From the NCBI GenBank assembly GCA_026936335.1, contig JAPMXV010000050.1, forward strand, positions 186,001 to 250,000: a DNA stretch of 64,000 bases, in the 5' to 3' direction. Source of the stretch: Mantamonas sphyraenae STR306. Taxonomy: Eukaryota; Protista; CRuMs. Below, in pieces: positions 1-13,266 of the stretch. The notes under the pieces were generated by a model. The model made no database searches and had not been told where the DNA came from. It was given only the letters and a program-made list of their open reading frames with translations. Position numbers and translations under genes: made by a program. Position 1 is the stretch's first letter, and each line of letters begins with the position of its first letter.

Positions 1-3000
1 TTCTTGCCTGCCGGGGGTCCAAACACGTTGCGTCCACGCTTGCCGTAGTTGTCCTCAATGGCCTGCTGCACACTCTGTGCACTCGTGCGTGCCGAAAAGT
101 GCAACGTCACATACTTGTACGGCGACTTGTCTTCCTTGCCCTCGTCTGTGCCCGGCAACAAAAGACGCCCTGCGCCTCCGCCTGCGCCTCCGCCACCGCC
201 ACCGCCGTTGCCACTGGCTCCGTCGTTGCCATCCTCGCCGTTCTTGGCTTTGCCCTTGCCCTTGGCGTCGGCCTCGCCACCCTTGAGCAACTGCTGCCAG
301 TTGGCCGTGGTCATGCCGCCCATGGCCATCTGTGCATTGGCAGCGCGTGCGGCTGCGCGTTCGGCCAGCTTCTTGGTGGCCTTGCGGAAAAAGTCGTCTG
401 CAATCACACTCTTGCCTGTGCCTGTGACACCCGTGAGCAACACGTGGCGATCCACACGCAGGCAGGCTTCCATCATGTACTGGTAGCGCAGGGTGTCCAC
501 AGTGGGCACCAGCACCTGGTGCGACGGCGTGGCCGGATCGTACTCAAACGACGGCAACACGTCCGCCCAGCTCATCCACACCGCATCCCCGTCCGCGTCC
601 ACTTCCACAAAGTAGTCAAAGACCGTGTCTTGCGGCGGGATGACCACGTCTGCAAACAGCCCACGTGCCCAGTCGTCAAACAATTGCCGCGACTGTTCCG
701 TCAGGTTGCCACCCATGCTCCAGATAAACGCAAACGTAAACATGCGCGTCACCATCACCATCATGCGCTGCTCGTCCTCCTCTTCGTCGTCACTCTCCAT
801 GTCCATCAGCGCATTGCCACGCGCACGCAGTGCGGCTGCACCCGCTGCAGACACGCCGTTGGTGCCACCCCGCCGACGACGACGACGACGACGACGATCC
901 CACACCGCCGCCATTGCCTCCGTTGCCGCCTCCCAGTGCCTGTCCCGGTCCATCGTCGTCCCAGATCGACGTTGTCTTGCGACGTCCGCCGTCTTCGTCC
1001 TCCTCGTCCTCCTCCACGGGCGGATGGATGGTTTGCATCGGCGTGTCGTACTGCAACAGCACCGACTCGAGCATGGAACACAGCGACACAACCATGTTGA
1101 AGGGTGTCACGGGCACTTCGTTCGTGCACTTGCTCGACACAAAGTACAGGCCCCTGTCCACAAACTCCTCAAACAGGCCGTAGAACTGCTCACGCACGCT
1201 TTCCGTAAACAGAGTCACGCGTGTGTCCATCCACGTGCGCACGTACGGGCGCCACCCGATGGTGTCTTCGGGCATGTACACCATGCCGCAGCGTGACACC
1301 GTGGCCGGCGAGGCCTTGTGCAGGTCTTCCACCTCAAACAGCATGTGCATGGTGTCGATGAGGATGATGCGGTCGCCGTTGGGCAAACACAGCACGCGCG
1401 AGTCGTCCAGCACCGAGTTCATGTTTTCGATCCAGTTGGCATCCACGGGGCCGTCAAACACAACCCACTTCACAAAGTTGTTCTCCTCCACGTCCAGGCA
1501 CGCCTCGGTGATGGCCGACATCACACCAGGCTTAAAGTCCTTGGTCACCTCCGACGATTCGCCGTACAGCTCGCCCAAGGAGATGGCCTTGGGGTTCAGC
1601 ACGTACGTTTGCACCTCGTTGTACGGCAGATTCGGGTTCACGCCCTCGTGTCCCGATCGCTCGTGCAGCATCGTCATGGCCTGCTGCAGCGTCTGGTAGC
1701 ACGTTGTCTTGCCGCTCATGGTAGGGCCAATCAGCATCACGCCAAAGCGCGACTGCAGCGTCTCGTGCAGCTGGAGCACCTTGTCGATGAACGCCCCCTT
1801 GGGCTGCAGGTGGTTCATCTGCAGCACCTCCTCGATGGCGTCCTTCATCTCGCCCTGGTTCTTGGCGGGCAGCTCCGTGGTGGGGAACAGGTCCTTGATG
1901 ATGTGTTCAAACAGCACCACGTCCTCCTGCAGGAACTTGGGGATGTTGTTCTCCTTCATCGCCCGGATCAGCACCTTTTCCTCCTCCATGCCCTTGTTGG
2001 CACGCTTCATCTTGCCCGCCTGGTTCAGCACACTCTTCACGGCACGCAGCCCAAAGTCGTAGTGCTTCTGCTGCGACAGCTGCTCCGAGCTCAGTTTGTA
2101 CAGCTTCACCATCTTGTGGCTCAGGTTGCGTGCGTCCTCAAAGCCCTGCGAGTACAGCAGGTTCTCTGCAATCAGTTCGTAGTTGGGAATCATCATGGCC
2201 ACGGGACGGAACAGTGCCTTGAGGTTGTCCGGCAGCTCTGTGCGTCCGCTGTACCCGGGGTTCATCGTCACAAAGCAGCCAAACGACGGTTCCAGCGGCA
2301 TGTCGCCGTTCACATCGCCCTGTCCAAAGTTGAACGTCTTGCTCTCTGCACTCAGCGCCGTCTGGATGGTCTGGAGCATCGAGGCAATCACACTCAACAC
2401 CTCGATGTCGATGCGGTTAAACTCGTCGAAGCACGCCCATGCGCCCGCCTGGCACAATCCCTTGAAGAACTGTTCCATGAATGCGTAGCGCACGCCCTCG
2501 CCACAGTTGAACACCACACACTGCACCGCCAGCGCCTTGGCCAGATCCTTCACCGTTTCCGTCTTGCCCGTGCCTGCTGGGCCTGCGGGCGAGCCACCCA
2601 GATGCATGTTGAGTGCAGACGTGAGTGTCATGTAGCAACGGTCCGTGAGCGGCGTGATCACCAGGCGTGTGGTGGCTCCCAGGTACTCGAAGCGGTAGTT
2701 GAACGAGGCCGTGCCCTGGCGCACCACACACTGGTCGTCCTTGTCGTCCCAATAGTAACGCAGGCGGTTGATCCAGTCGTAGTCCGTCACCGAATCCACG
2801 TCGCCTTCGATCAGCTCCGCCACAATGTCGCGCGCGTGCACAACAATGGTGATGAGGGTGACCACGGTGATGCGCTGGAGGTCGTTCAGGCGGCCGGCCA
2901 CCATGGATGCATACATGCTCAGCTCCTCCTTCATCTGCCGCTTCTTCTCCTGCAGCAGCGTCTTTGTGTTGTCGCCCGCCAGCGCCATCTGTACATCGCG

Positions 3001-6000
3001 CGCCCAAAAGATCTGCCACACCGTGAGCACAATTTGCGCAGGGTACGCCAGCACCCACTTGGCACGCTCGCTCGTCTCGAAATCGCCCAGTGCGTTCTTC
3101 ATGATCTTTTTCAGCGTCTCGTGCATGCTCTTCTCCACCGTCTTGAGCCACTCCTCCACGCCGTAGCGCACGCGCGCGGCCTTGAGGAACGTCACCCGTT
3201 CGTTCTCGCCGGAAATCATGGCGTTCACGTCTGTGCTCTTGCTGTCCTGCGCAAACTGCAGCTTGTCAATGTTGGTGAAGCACTTGCGCAGGTGCGGCTG
3301 CACCGCCTGCGGCTTCTTGCTCTGCGACAGGATCTGCAGCATGTCCGTGTCCGACAGGAAGTAGAAGCGCGGGAACGCACGTCGCTTGGTCTCCAGGAAC
3401 TCTTCCAGCTTCTGTTTGATCTTTTCCAGGTGCTCGTTGCTCTTCTGGAACGTCTCCAGCAGTCCCGGTGTGATGCCTCCCTGCAGCGCGTTGGGATACT
3501 CCTTGGTGCGCATCATGATGTCCTTCCACGTCTTGTCCACCACGAGGAAGGCCTTGTACTCGCTGCTCAGGTGCCTTTGCATGTCCACCGCTGCAAAGAT
3601 GGCCTCCAGGTGGCGCCACTGCCGCTGGCACACCAGCCACTCGTCCAGCGTGGCCTGGAACAGACGCAGGTCGCGGTCCATCTGCTCCACCTCCTCCCGG
3701 ATGGGGTCCACGTAGCGCGACCCGGAAATCGTCGAGATGCTGATGATCGAGTCTTCCAACAGGATCATGATGTCCTCGACGGAGCCCAGAGTGTAGGCGT
3801 CGTTCTGGCCAGGGTACTTGTTGACAATAAAGTCGGTTTCCGCCCAGCGCATGCGGATGGTGTCCAGGGCGTCGATGAGCAGGGCCTCCTGCGTAGCCTC
3901 TGTGCTGATCATGCTGATTTCGTCCTTGTAGTCCATCACCTTCATGTTGAGCAGCAGGCCCAGGGTGAACGTCTCGTCGCGCACCACGTTGCGCTGGATG
4001 ATGTCTTCGATGCGCTCCCAGTGCCTCTGCTGCAACGCAGGGTTGCGCAGATCCAGCACCACCGGCAGCGTGAGTTTGAACTCGTCCACAGCCTCCTTGA
4101 GCTTCTTGACCACGGGGTTGTTGGGCAGGCCCACGTCCAGGCGGCGCACAATCTTGTGATACTTGAGCGTCTGGCTCTGGATCTCGTCTGCGTTGATGGC
4201 GTCGAACTGCGAGGTGGTCCACTCCGAGGTGAGCTCCTCCCACTCGTAGCGCGACTGCCACAGCAGCTTCTTGAGCGACAGATCGTGCTTCAGCGTCTCC
4301 AGGTTGTCGTACTTGGTGATGGGCTTGTTGAACAGCTCCTGGTAGTAGCTGTAGCGCTTGGCCTGCTCGTCGAGTTTCTCCACCTGACCAATGAGCTTGT
4401 TCAGGTACGTGAGCACCATTTGCAGGTCGTCCACGCGGTCGTCGCTGATGATGGCGTTCTGCGACGCACTCTTGAGCTCCAGCACCTCGCCACGCAACTT
4501 TTGGATCGACGTGGACAACTCTGTGGAGAAACGCGCAATGTTGGCATCCTTGGAGGCCTCTGCGATCTGGATGGAGGCCTTGAGCTTGGTGTACTCCGGC
4601 TGGAGCATCTGGAAGGCCGCCTTTTCCTCCTCGGGCACCTGCACGTCGTACTCGGCCATCATGTCGTAGTGGTTGCTCACCTGCTTGAACTTCTGCTTGA
4701 GCTCACGCTGGCGCGAGGTGATGTCCTGCAGGAAGGCAAGGTGGGACACAAAGTCCTCCACGGTGTCGGGCGGGCGCAGCAGACGCACGTTTGCGTCGTT
4801 GAGCTCGTCCAGCAGGTCTTTGTTCAGCGAGTATGCAATGACAGGCAGCAGCTTGTGGATGTCCGAGACGACGCGACGAGGCGAGGGCTCGAGAACGTCC
4901 TTGAAGGGTTGGACAATGACACGCACAATGCCCAGGTCTCTGTACTCGGGCAACTCTGCGATCTCCTGGCTCTGCTCGGCAAACTTGATCATGTAGTCGC
5001 GCAGGTTGTCCAGGGTGAGCAGACCCTGCTGGACGCCCGAACGCAGGCGTTCCATGTCCAGGGTGCGGTTCTCCACGTAGATGTCGCGGAAAAAGTCGTA
5101 GGACTTGCCGTACTTGTCGGCCTCCTGGAAGATGTGGCCGATGGCATTCTTCATGTTGGAAATCAGGCGCTGGTAGCGGTCGTCCTTCCAGATGATTTCC
5201 GAGAGCACGGGACCCTCGCTGTACTCGAAGCTCTCTGTGCGCTCGTTGAAGGTGGGGTTTGTAAAGGGACGGAACACGTCGTTCGTGATCATGCGACCCA
5301 CGTTCACAGACACGGTGTTTGTAAAATCCTGGATGACCAGGTCGACGCGGTCCTGCATGTCGTACATGCTCGGATCAAACATCAGATCGTCGCTCTGCAG
5401 GATCAGACGCAGCGAAAACGTAGGCACCTTTTCCACCTTGGTTTCCAGCAGACTGGCGGCTGCCAACGCATCTGCGTCCGCCTCTGCCGCTGCCTTGTCG
5501 CCTGCGCCACCTGCTGCGTTTGCGTCGTCGCCTGTGCCTGTGCCCTTGTCTGCCGCCGCTGCTGCTGCGGCTGCTGCCGAGACCGCCGACGACGAGGCAA
5601 TGGTCTTTGCCTTTTGTGCGGGTGCCTTTTGCGGCGTCATGGCCATGAGCATGTCCTCCACCGAGTCGACGGTGAGGAGATGCAGGGCGTCGATGACGAG
5701 GTAGTCGCAGAGGCGGATAAAGTTGGTCAGTCGACGACACAGCGATCCCTTGTGGGCAATCTGTGTGAAGGACATCTTGATGGTCTGCACATCGGTGTCG
5801 ATCTGGGCCATCAGGGTCTTGCCGTGCAGCTTGGCGGCGCGCGGGGTCATGTATGCGCCTCCGCCGCCTCCACCGACGCCAATGCCTGCCACCTTGGGGT
5901 TGAGCAGAGAGGCCAGCGAGGAATCCTTGCCCGAGAATTGGGAGATGGAGTTTGCGGCCTCCTGCTGGGCGGCGGCTGCGTTCTGGTTGTTTGTTTCCAG

Positions 6001-7665
6001 GTCGGCGTTGAGGAGGACGGTGTCGCAGCTCTCGTAGACCTCCTGCTGGACGGTGTCGGACAGCAGCTTGAGCTCCTCGCCCATTTTGTTCTTGTGGTGC
6101 TTCTGCTCCTCGAGAAAGTCGGGCAGGGAGTAGGTCTTGCCCGAGCGGAGGAGGTACAGGCGCATCTGCAGCATGTCGCAGCAGTGGTCGCGGACGTTGA
6201 GGAGGGCCTTGGACAGGGTGGGATGCAGGATGAAGAGAGAGTCTTCGAGTTTGGTCTTGTGTTCGTTGATGCGCTTGTTGCGGATGTTCTTCTTCCAAAC
6301 GGAAAACGCCTTCCACAGGCGGAACTTCTTGAAGAAGGCAATGCTCATGACGCGTGAAAACAGCAGCTGCTCGCGTTGCCACTGCTCCAACGACGTAAAG
6401 TCGGCCTCGCCGTTGACAAAGTGGGTCACGCCCAAACGCGACAGGGTGAAGTAGTCGTGTTCGTTGATGCGGTCGTGCGTGACAATGGTCAACTGGTACG
6501 GGTTGTGCGTGGTATGCGACGACCGCACAGGGTTCAAGTACACAAACTCCGACGAGTTGGGATGCTGGTGCAAATATTCGATAAACGTAAAGGGCGAGTG
6601 GTGCTCCTTGTGGTCGTTGGCCAGCAACCAATCGATAAACGAGTGCGTGGCCTTGGACGCAAGCTGTGCAGACTGCACCGTCTCCTCATCCGTCTCTGCG
6701 TGTGCCTTGCCTGCAGCCGATGAGCTGCTGCTGCTGCTGCTGCTGTTGCTGCTGCTATTGCTCGAGGGGAGGCTGCCGATAGGCGGGATGACGGGTGTGC
6801 TGGGCAACGGTTGCGGCTCAGGGGTGCCCTGCAAGGGCTCGAGAGGCTGCATCTTGGAATTGGTTGCCTGCACATGTGACGGATGCAAAGGGGGCAGAAG
6901 GTGTGAGTGGCAAGTGGGAGGGACAGCGCAGGACGGGTGGCGGGCGGACGAATTTTGGCGGGGGACGAAAACGGTTGCGCATGATGGGCAAAGGCGGGAA
7001 CGGGCCGGAAACGGGCAGGAAGAGGCAATGGGACGTACCTTGACGACGTTGTGTGTGCGTGGCCGAGAGCGGGAGGAAGCCTTGTGTTTGAGGTTGCGCG
7101 AAACATGGCGGAAGGTGAAGTTTGGGGCGGTGGAAGCACGCGAGGCTTGCTTGGAACCAGCGCCCTCTTGGTTTTCCGCGGCTGTGTCTGCATGGACGGC
7201 CGACACGGAGGCAAGGGAGGAGACAGTGGATGTCAAGGGCCTCTGGGAACGCAGAGAGAGGGTGCGCGGGGTGGTGGCAGCGCGTGACGAGGTGTACAGG
7301 CGGGCCGAAAGCGAAGAGTGACCGTTGGAGGCGTCGGCCGAGGAAGACGAAGACGCAGACGTCTGAGCCAACGAGGAGCCTCCCAGCCTATCCAGACGCA
7401 GCTTGAGGTCATCTGTGGTGTCGCGGGTGTGTGAAAATTGGGTTGTGTTGTCGTACACGCTGGCGACGGCGGAGGAGCCGACTGCGGTGGACGTCGAGTT
7501 GGAGTTGGCGCCCGACGACGACGACGACGACGACGATCCGGAGGAGGATGATCCGCTCGTTGTGTGCGTTTTGGCGTCGTCCTCCTCGTCGTTGTTGAAC
7601 GACAATGAGGAGCCGGTGCGGTGTCCTCGTGTGTGGAAAGCCGGTGTGTCCAGGTTTCCCGACAT
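1..7665 (-). CDS. Axonemal dynein heavy chain, DNAH6-like inner-arm type; 3' end lies outside the window
   Basis: AAA1 P-loop GPAGTGKTET, WACFDEFNRI, QQKHYDFGLR; AAA2 GPTMSGKT, FDGPVDANWIENMNSVLDD; AAA3 GVTGTGKS near 410-440; linker FPRFYFLS; DNAH6-like N-terminus (NPYQLTIV...FRLWKAFSVWKKNIR). ATG at 7665, in-frame intron 6868-7038, one frameshift in a G-run near 870, after which dynein continues (FAFIWSMGGNL). Confidence 0.95.
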
Positions 7666-7781
7666 TGTTGGGGTGGGTCGTTTCTTGGGTTGTGTGGTGG
7701 GAACTGCGCAGCGCGCTGGTCGCAACAAACGAAACGAAACGGAACATGACACAGACACAAAGGGGCAACGTGCAGGGAGGA

Positions 7782-8440
7782 ATGGCACACATGGCCATGG
7801 CAGTGATGGCCGCTGTGGCGCTGGTGCTTGTGTGTGGAATGGCAAACGAGGTGGAGGGCAAGCGACCACCGCCGCCCGAGGACTTTTACGCTCTGAACGC
7901 GGTGGATATCGATGGGAAGAATGTGTCGTTTGCCCAATTCAAGGGAAAGGTGGTGTTGATTGTCAACGTGGCCAGCGAGTGTGGGTTGACCAAGAGCAAC
8001 TATCGTGAGCTGGCCAAGGTGAGCAAGCTGTTTCCGTCGCTGGAGATTCTGCTCTTCCCGTGCAACCAGTTTGGCAAGCAGGAGCCCGGCACGGCCACGC
8101 AGATCAAGGCGGCTGTGGATAGCTTTGCTGGCAAGGGGGCTCGCTTCCGCCTCATGCAGAAAATCAACGTCAACGGCAAGAAAAGCCACGACGTGTTCCG
8201 CTGGCTCAAAGCACACGCCTCGTTTCGCAACAAGAAGAAGATCCAGTGGAACTTTGCCAAGGTGAGTGGAGACCATGCGACATGAGGCAACACCAGAGAT
8301 GATGCTGACACACACACACTGCGCAGTTTCTGGTGAGCGACGACGGGAAGCAGGTGCTGCGCTTCCAGCCCGAGTATCCACCGCTGGAGATGAAGAGCGA
8401 AATCAAGTTGTACCTGGCTGGGGAAAAGGCAATCGAGTGA
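7782..8440 (+). CDS. Cys-type glutathione peroxidase with N-terminal signal peptide
   Basis: GKVVLIVNVASECG (Cys codon TGT, not TGA), LFPCNQFGKQEPG, IQWNFAK|FLV; GT-AG intron 8262-8326. Confidence 0.93.
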
Positions 8441-8541
8441 TGCGTGTGTGTGGGGGGGGGGGGGGAGAGAGAATGCATGGAGCAAACCACAAGAAAAAAA
8501 GGATGGGAGATGAAGTGACGTGTGTGTTTCTTGCCTCTGCT

Positions 8542-10472
8542 TCACGAGGGAGGTGGCTCTTGCAGGACGGCGGAGCCCTGCACACCCTGTTGGGCAAGAC
8601 GACGCAGATACTGGATGACGCCGCCGGGGCCGTCTCGCTCCCAAATCTGCTGGATGGGATAGCCAAACGGGTTGTCGTCGAGTTCGAGCTCCTCGAGGCT
8701 GGGCATCTGGGAGAGCTCGACGGGAAGGGTCTCGAAGCGGTTTTCGGCGACGAGGAGGACACGGAGGGAGGTCATGTTGATGACTTCGGCCGGAAGCATG
8801 TCCAGGTCGTTGTGGTTGAGGTACAGGTCTGTGACAGAGGTGAGTTCGCACCACATGTCCAAGGGCACAAACTCCAGCCGGTTGTCGTTCAGATTGAGCG
8901 TTTCCAGTCGGCCGAGCTTGCTGAGCGTGGCAGGCAGCACTTCCAGGTGGTTGTCACTGGCAAGCAGGCTCTTCAGCGAGCGCAGCGAACCAATGCTGTC
9001 GGGCAGTGTCACCAGCGAGTTTTCGCTGATGTTCAGCTTGGTGAGTGACTTGAGCTCACCAATGGAGTCTGGCAGCACGGCCAGATTGTTGCCGTCCACG
9101 TTGAGTTCCTTGATGGACTTGAGCTGACCCAACTCTTCAGGCAGCTCCGTCAGCGTGTTGTCCGACACCGTAAGCTCCATCAGCGTGTTGAGTTTGCCAA
9201 TGGAAGCCGGGAGTGTGTTGAGCTGTGACGTGATGGGAGTGCAAACCAAGGAGAAGGGGAGAGGGGAGGGAGGTGTCAGTGAGTGCGTGGGAGAGAAACA
9301 ACAGGTGGTCAATCAGCAAACCTACCTGGTTGTTCTTGAGAGAGAGTCTGCTGAGGGAAGCCATCTCGCCGATGCTCTCGGGCAATTCTGTGATCCTGTT
9401 GTCCCCAAGCATGAGCGACTTGACCTTGGACCACTGGCCGAGAAGGTCTGGGATGCCCTGGAGGCGGTTGTGGGAAATCTGCACGTCGGTGAGGTTGTTG
9501 AGTGCAAAGAGGGTGTCTGGAAGGGTGACGAGGCGATTGGCTTCCAAATCGAGGTCGGTAAGACTGTGGAGGTCGCCAATGGAGTCGGGCAGCTCCTGGA
9601 GCTGGTTGTACTGGACGCCGAGCTTGCCAAGGGCCTGGAGCTGGCCAATGGTGTCTGGGAGGAGCTGTAACTTGTTGGAGTACAAATGGAGCTCCTTGAG
9701 CGATTGGAGCTGGGCAATCTCGTCGGGAATCTCCGAGATGGCGTTGTGGTTGGCGTCGAGGACCTTGAGCTTTTCCAGGCACAGACGGCGGTGCCGAGGC
9801 TGGTGAGCTTGTTCTGACGCATGGACAGGTGGTTGAGGTTGACACACTGTGCAATCTCGGGACACAGCTCGTCCTGGAGTTTGTTGTAGCGCACATAGAG
9901 CTTTTGCAGGGCGGTCAATGCGCCGATGGCCTTGGGCAGCGTGGTGAGCTTGTTGTAGCGCAGGTCGAGCACCTTGAGTTTCTCGAGGCTGGCAATCTGT
10001 GCAGTGGACAGGTGGGCGGGGCAGGCGGGACGGAGGTGGGTGGGTGTCAGACACGGTGGCTTGTGTGGAGGAGGCGTGCGGGTTGAATCAGGAATCGGGC
10101 GAAGGGTGGGAGGGGAAAGCGAACCTGTTTTGGCATAAAGGTGAGTTGGTTCTCAGACAGGTTGAGTGTCTGGATGTTGGGCAGCTGAAAGAGCTCGGCA
10201 CTGAGAGAGCTGAGCTTGTTGCGGTAGAGAAACACCTCCTTGACGTGTACGAGGCTGCTGATGTTTTCCGGGATGGAGACGAGGTCGAGTTTGCTGAGAT
10301 CCACCCAGGTCTGCTTGGCCGATGCGGCCTCATCAATGAGCTTCAGAGCCTTCTCCAGCCCCGCAGAGCTGCCGTCTGCACCCGAGCTGTTGCCCTCGCC
10401 ACTGCTGCTGCTGCTGCCGCCGCTGTTGCTGCTGCTGCTGCTGCTGTTCTTGCCCTTGAACTTTGAGGACAT
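8542..10472 (-). CDS. Leucine-rich-repeat protein (SHOC2/PIRL-like 23-aa repeats)
   Basis: About 20 LxxLPxxIGxLxxLxxLxLxxNxL repeats; introns 9997-10124 and 9223-9325; 1-nt frameshift near 9780. Confidence 0.9.
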
Positions 10473-10692
10473 CGCGGCAGGGGTGGGTTGGCTGCGCCAG
10501 GGTGCACCCAATGGAGCAGCAACATTGGACGCCCAGGGTTTGTGTCAGGATGCAACATGAGGGAGAGGGAAAACCCATGGCGCATGAATAGGATGGGCCA
10601 AGGAACACACAGAGAGTGATGTGGAAGGCTGGTTCCGCTTGTCTCGATGATTGTTGGCGTGGACAGGACCAACCAATCTGAGACGAGACGTG

Positions 10693-12642
10693 ATGGGTGT
10701 GGGTTGGAGTGCGGAGCATTCGGTGGCGTCCTCCAAGGCGAGCATGGACCATCGACACGTGAGCCAGAGTGCTGTGTGGCAGGAGCTGGATCCGGAGAGC
10801 GGCGAAGAGATTGAAGTTGGCCGCAGCAGCACAAGCAAAGAGGGAGAAGAAGTGGAGGACGGGGTGGAGGGTGCTGTACACGAGGATAAGGAAGTGGTTC
10901 GTGAGGCACGTCTGCGCAGTGTGTTGTCACCGGGCACGCTGTTGAGTCTGTTGGATCACGAACGGGTGACGATTCCTGATTTGTTCCACAGCCTGGGCAG
11001 CATGGACGAGGGCCAGGAGCGTGCGTGTGTGATGTTCCGCAGTGAAGAGGAAGACGGCCACACGTGGTCGCCGTACGAGACGCAAAGTTGCAAGGAGGTG
11101 GGGGACAGTCTGCGAGCCGCGTGTGCAGGCTTGCAACGTTTGGGCGTGGACACGGGTGACATGGCAGTGGTGGATGCAAACAACAGCGGAGGCATTGGAC
11201 ATCGCCTGGCCATGTATGCATGCATGCAGCAGGGTCTTCCTGTGGTGATTGCGCCGCGAGGGCAAGTTGCAAGTGCGGCGCATGCCTTTTCCGCCTCTGT
11301 GCTCGTGTGTGACAACAATGTGGCACGGCAACTGCTGGACAGCAGCAGTGGACGTGTGCACTTGGGTGCTGTGCGTGTGGTGGTGTGTGCATGTGCACCG
11401 AGTGCCGAGCTGACCAAGCTGGCTGAACAGAGCGGCGCCAGCGTGGTGCACTGGGCTGAACTGGTGGCCATGGGCAAGTATGTGGAGGAGGTGGATGTGG
11501 TGGATGTGGATGTGGACAGTGCAGGCTTGCTGGTGGTTGTGGAGCGCGATGACGATGCCGAGGGCGAGAGCGACGGCGAGTCGGGCGTTCTGGTCTACTC
11601 GTTCTCTCAGGCCCAGGTGATGGCAGGTGTGTCTGCCATTGTGGCGAGTGATGCGTTGCATGTGGACGAGGAGACGGTGATGATGAGCAGTGTGGGAGGA
11701 GCTCAGGTGCAGGTGGATGTGGCAATGCAGCTGGCAACGTTGTTGGCCGGCGGATGCGTGGTGATCCCGTCGCAGTCGGTGGGGGGCGTGCAGGAGGACA
11801 TGCAAATGAGTGCTCCCAATGTGTGGGTGTGTACAGACGCCGAGTTGATGGGAGTGGTGCATACGGTGGCGAAGCATGTGGCGGGCAAGTCGGGCATGTA
11901 TCGATATCTGTTTGGCATGGGCTATGAGGACAAACAGGCGGCCCAAATGACGCAAGAGGGCAGTCGTGTGTGGAACGGCCTTTTGTTCAACGGCTTGCGT
12001 GAGCTTGTGGGACTACAGAGCAAGGATGCACGGGTGCTAAACGTGGGCAATCCTGTGCCACGGGCGGTGGTGGAATTTGTGCAGTGTGTGTTGGACGTGG
12101 AGGTTGTACAGGTTCTATTTGACCGTCGCGTGTGTGGTCTGGTGTCATACGAGCGCCTGGATGCACGTGGCCTGCGTTCCGGCGGCCTCCTACCCTGCCT
12201 GGAGGTGCATCTGCGTCCCGGTGCGCAGTGGCGTATGCGTCTGCGTGGCCACAGTGTGTGCACGCGCGTGACTCGGCTCGTTGGGGAGGATGTGAGGCAG
12301 AGTGAGGATGCACAGGAGACAGCCGTGGAGGAGCTGACCACACCGCACATGTGTGTTCTCAACGACGACCTCAGCGTGCACTGGCTGGGACGTGTGCAAG
12401 ACCTGCACGCAGGCGTCAACATGCGCCTTGTAGAAAACATTGTGCGGACGAGTGACCACGTGGCACAGGTGCATGTCACGGGCGACGGAGACGACGACGA
12501 CGCGTTGTTGCACATTGTGGTGCATCCACGAGACGACACAGATGCAGACGCAGACGGCATCGAGCAGGAAGCCAAGTTGCTGTTGAAGCGGGCCGGAGTG
12601 CGGCTGAATGTGCATGTGGAGGTGGCTCAGGCTGCCCAATGA
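10693..12642 (+). CDS. Degenerate long-chain acyl-CoA synthetase-like (AMP-binding fold) protein
   Basis: LACS-like blocks (LQRLGVDTGD, VWNGLLFNGLRELVG, GNPVPRAVVEFVQ, GGLLPCLEVHL, WLGRVQD, VENIVRTSDHVAQV) but no YTSGTTGxPKG signature; start uncertain. Confidence 0.6.
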   Translation: MGVGWSAEHSVASSKASMDHRHVSQSAVWQELDPESGEEIEVGRSSTSKEGEEVEDGVEGAVHEDKEVVREARLRSVLSPGTLLSLLDHERVTIPDLFHSLGSMDEGQERACVMFRSEEEDGHTWSPYETQSCKEVGDSLRAACAGLQRLGVDTGDMAVVDANNSGGIGHRLAMYACMQQGLPVVIAPRGQVASAAHAFSASVLVCDNNVARQLLDSSSGRVHLGAVRVVVCACAPSAELTKLAEQSGASVVHWAELVAMGKYVEEVDVVDVDVDSAGLLVVVERDDDAEGESDGESGVLVYSFSQAQVMAGVSAIVASDALHVDEETVMMSSVGGAQVQVDVAMQLATLLAGGCVVIPSQSVGGVQEDMQMSAPNVWVCTDAELMGVVHTVAKHVAGKSGMYRYLFGMGYEDKQAAQMTQEGSRVWNGLLFNGLRELVGLQSKDARVLNVGNPVPRAVVEFVQCVLDVEVVQVLFDRRVCGLVSYERLDARGLRSGGLLPCLEVHLRPGAQWRMRLRGHSVCTRVTRLVGEDVRQSEDAQETAVEELTTPHMCVLNDDLSVHWLGRVQDLHAGVNMRLVENIVRTSDHVAQVHVTGDGDDDDALLHIVVHPRDDTDADADGIEQEAKLLLKRAGVRLNVHVEVAQAAQ

Positions 12643-12689
12643 AGATGATGAAGACGATTGCCAGCTGCGCTTGCGGGACCAGGGCCCGA

Positions 12690-13193
12690 ATGTCGCAGCA
12701 GTCAGTGCAGGAGACGTTTGCCCAGTTGGATGAGGCGGAGGAACACGTGTTGCAGCTGTTGGAGCTGACGATGTCCCTGCTGGACGAAATGCAGGCAGCC
12801 ATGGAGGTGGCGAGGGAGTTGCCGAAGGAGGGGATTGGCCAGGAAGCGAGGGCCATGCTCGAGCAGAAGCTGGACGGCCATTCCAAAGCGGCGAGGGGCT
12901 ATGCAAAGTCGTTTTTGGACACAGTCAAGGTGAGTGTGGTGGATGGGAAGCAGCTGCTTGGGTGTACGGGAGCCGAGAAGGGAGGAAGGAATCCATGCGC
13001 TGACTCGCGTGCGCTGTTGCAACAGGTGACACAAACGCTATTGGCGCAGCCATCGATTGCCAACAACTTTGAGCTGGTGAATTTCAATCGGCACATCAAC
13101 AACACACGTCAGCAGCTGGCCATCAACCTGCAAAAGGTGGATTTGGTCACCACACGCCTTTCAGAGGTCAAGGAACTGTTGTTGGATGATTGA
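12690..13193 (+). CDS. Mediator subunit 11-like small helical protein
   Basis: Helical pattern resembling Med11 (LDEAEEHVLQLLE...AKSFLDTVK...KVDLVTTRLSEV); in-frame intron 12930-13025. Confidence 0.5.
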   Translation: MSQQSVQETFAQLDEAEEHVLQLLELTMSLLDEMQAAMEVARELPKEGIGQEARAMLEQKLDGHSKAARGYAKSFLDTVKVSVVDGKQLLGCTGAEKGGRNPCADSRALLQQVTQTLLAQPSIANNFELVNFNRHINNTRQQLAINLQKVDLVTTRLSEVKELLLDD

Positions 13194-13266
13194 CATGATG
13201 GAATGGATGTCATTGTACATATGCGGGATTGGAATGTGTGTCATGTGCGTGTGTGTGTGTGTGTGT

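Noticed and set aside
1318-6357. 1679-aa plus-strand ORF antisense to dynein, and similar long antisense ORFs (for example 55254-57320, 57137-59194)
   Set aside because: Shadow ORFs: strong GC3 codon bias on the coding strand removes stops in the antisense register; no protein motifs.
7782-8440. Possible selenoprotein GPx
   Set aside because: Active-site codon is TGT (Cys); no in-frame TGA.
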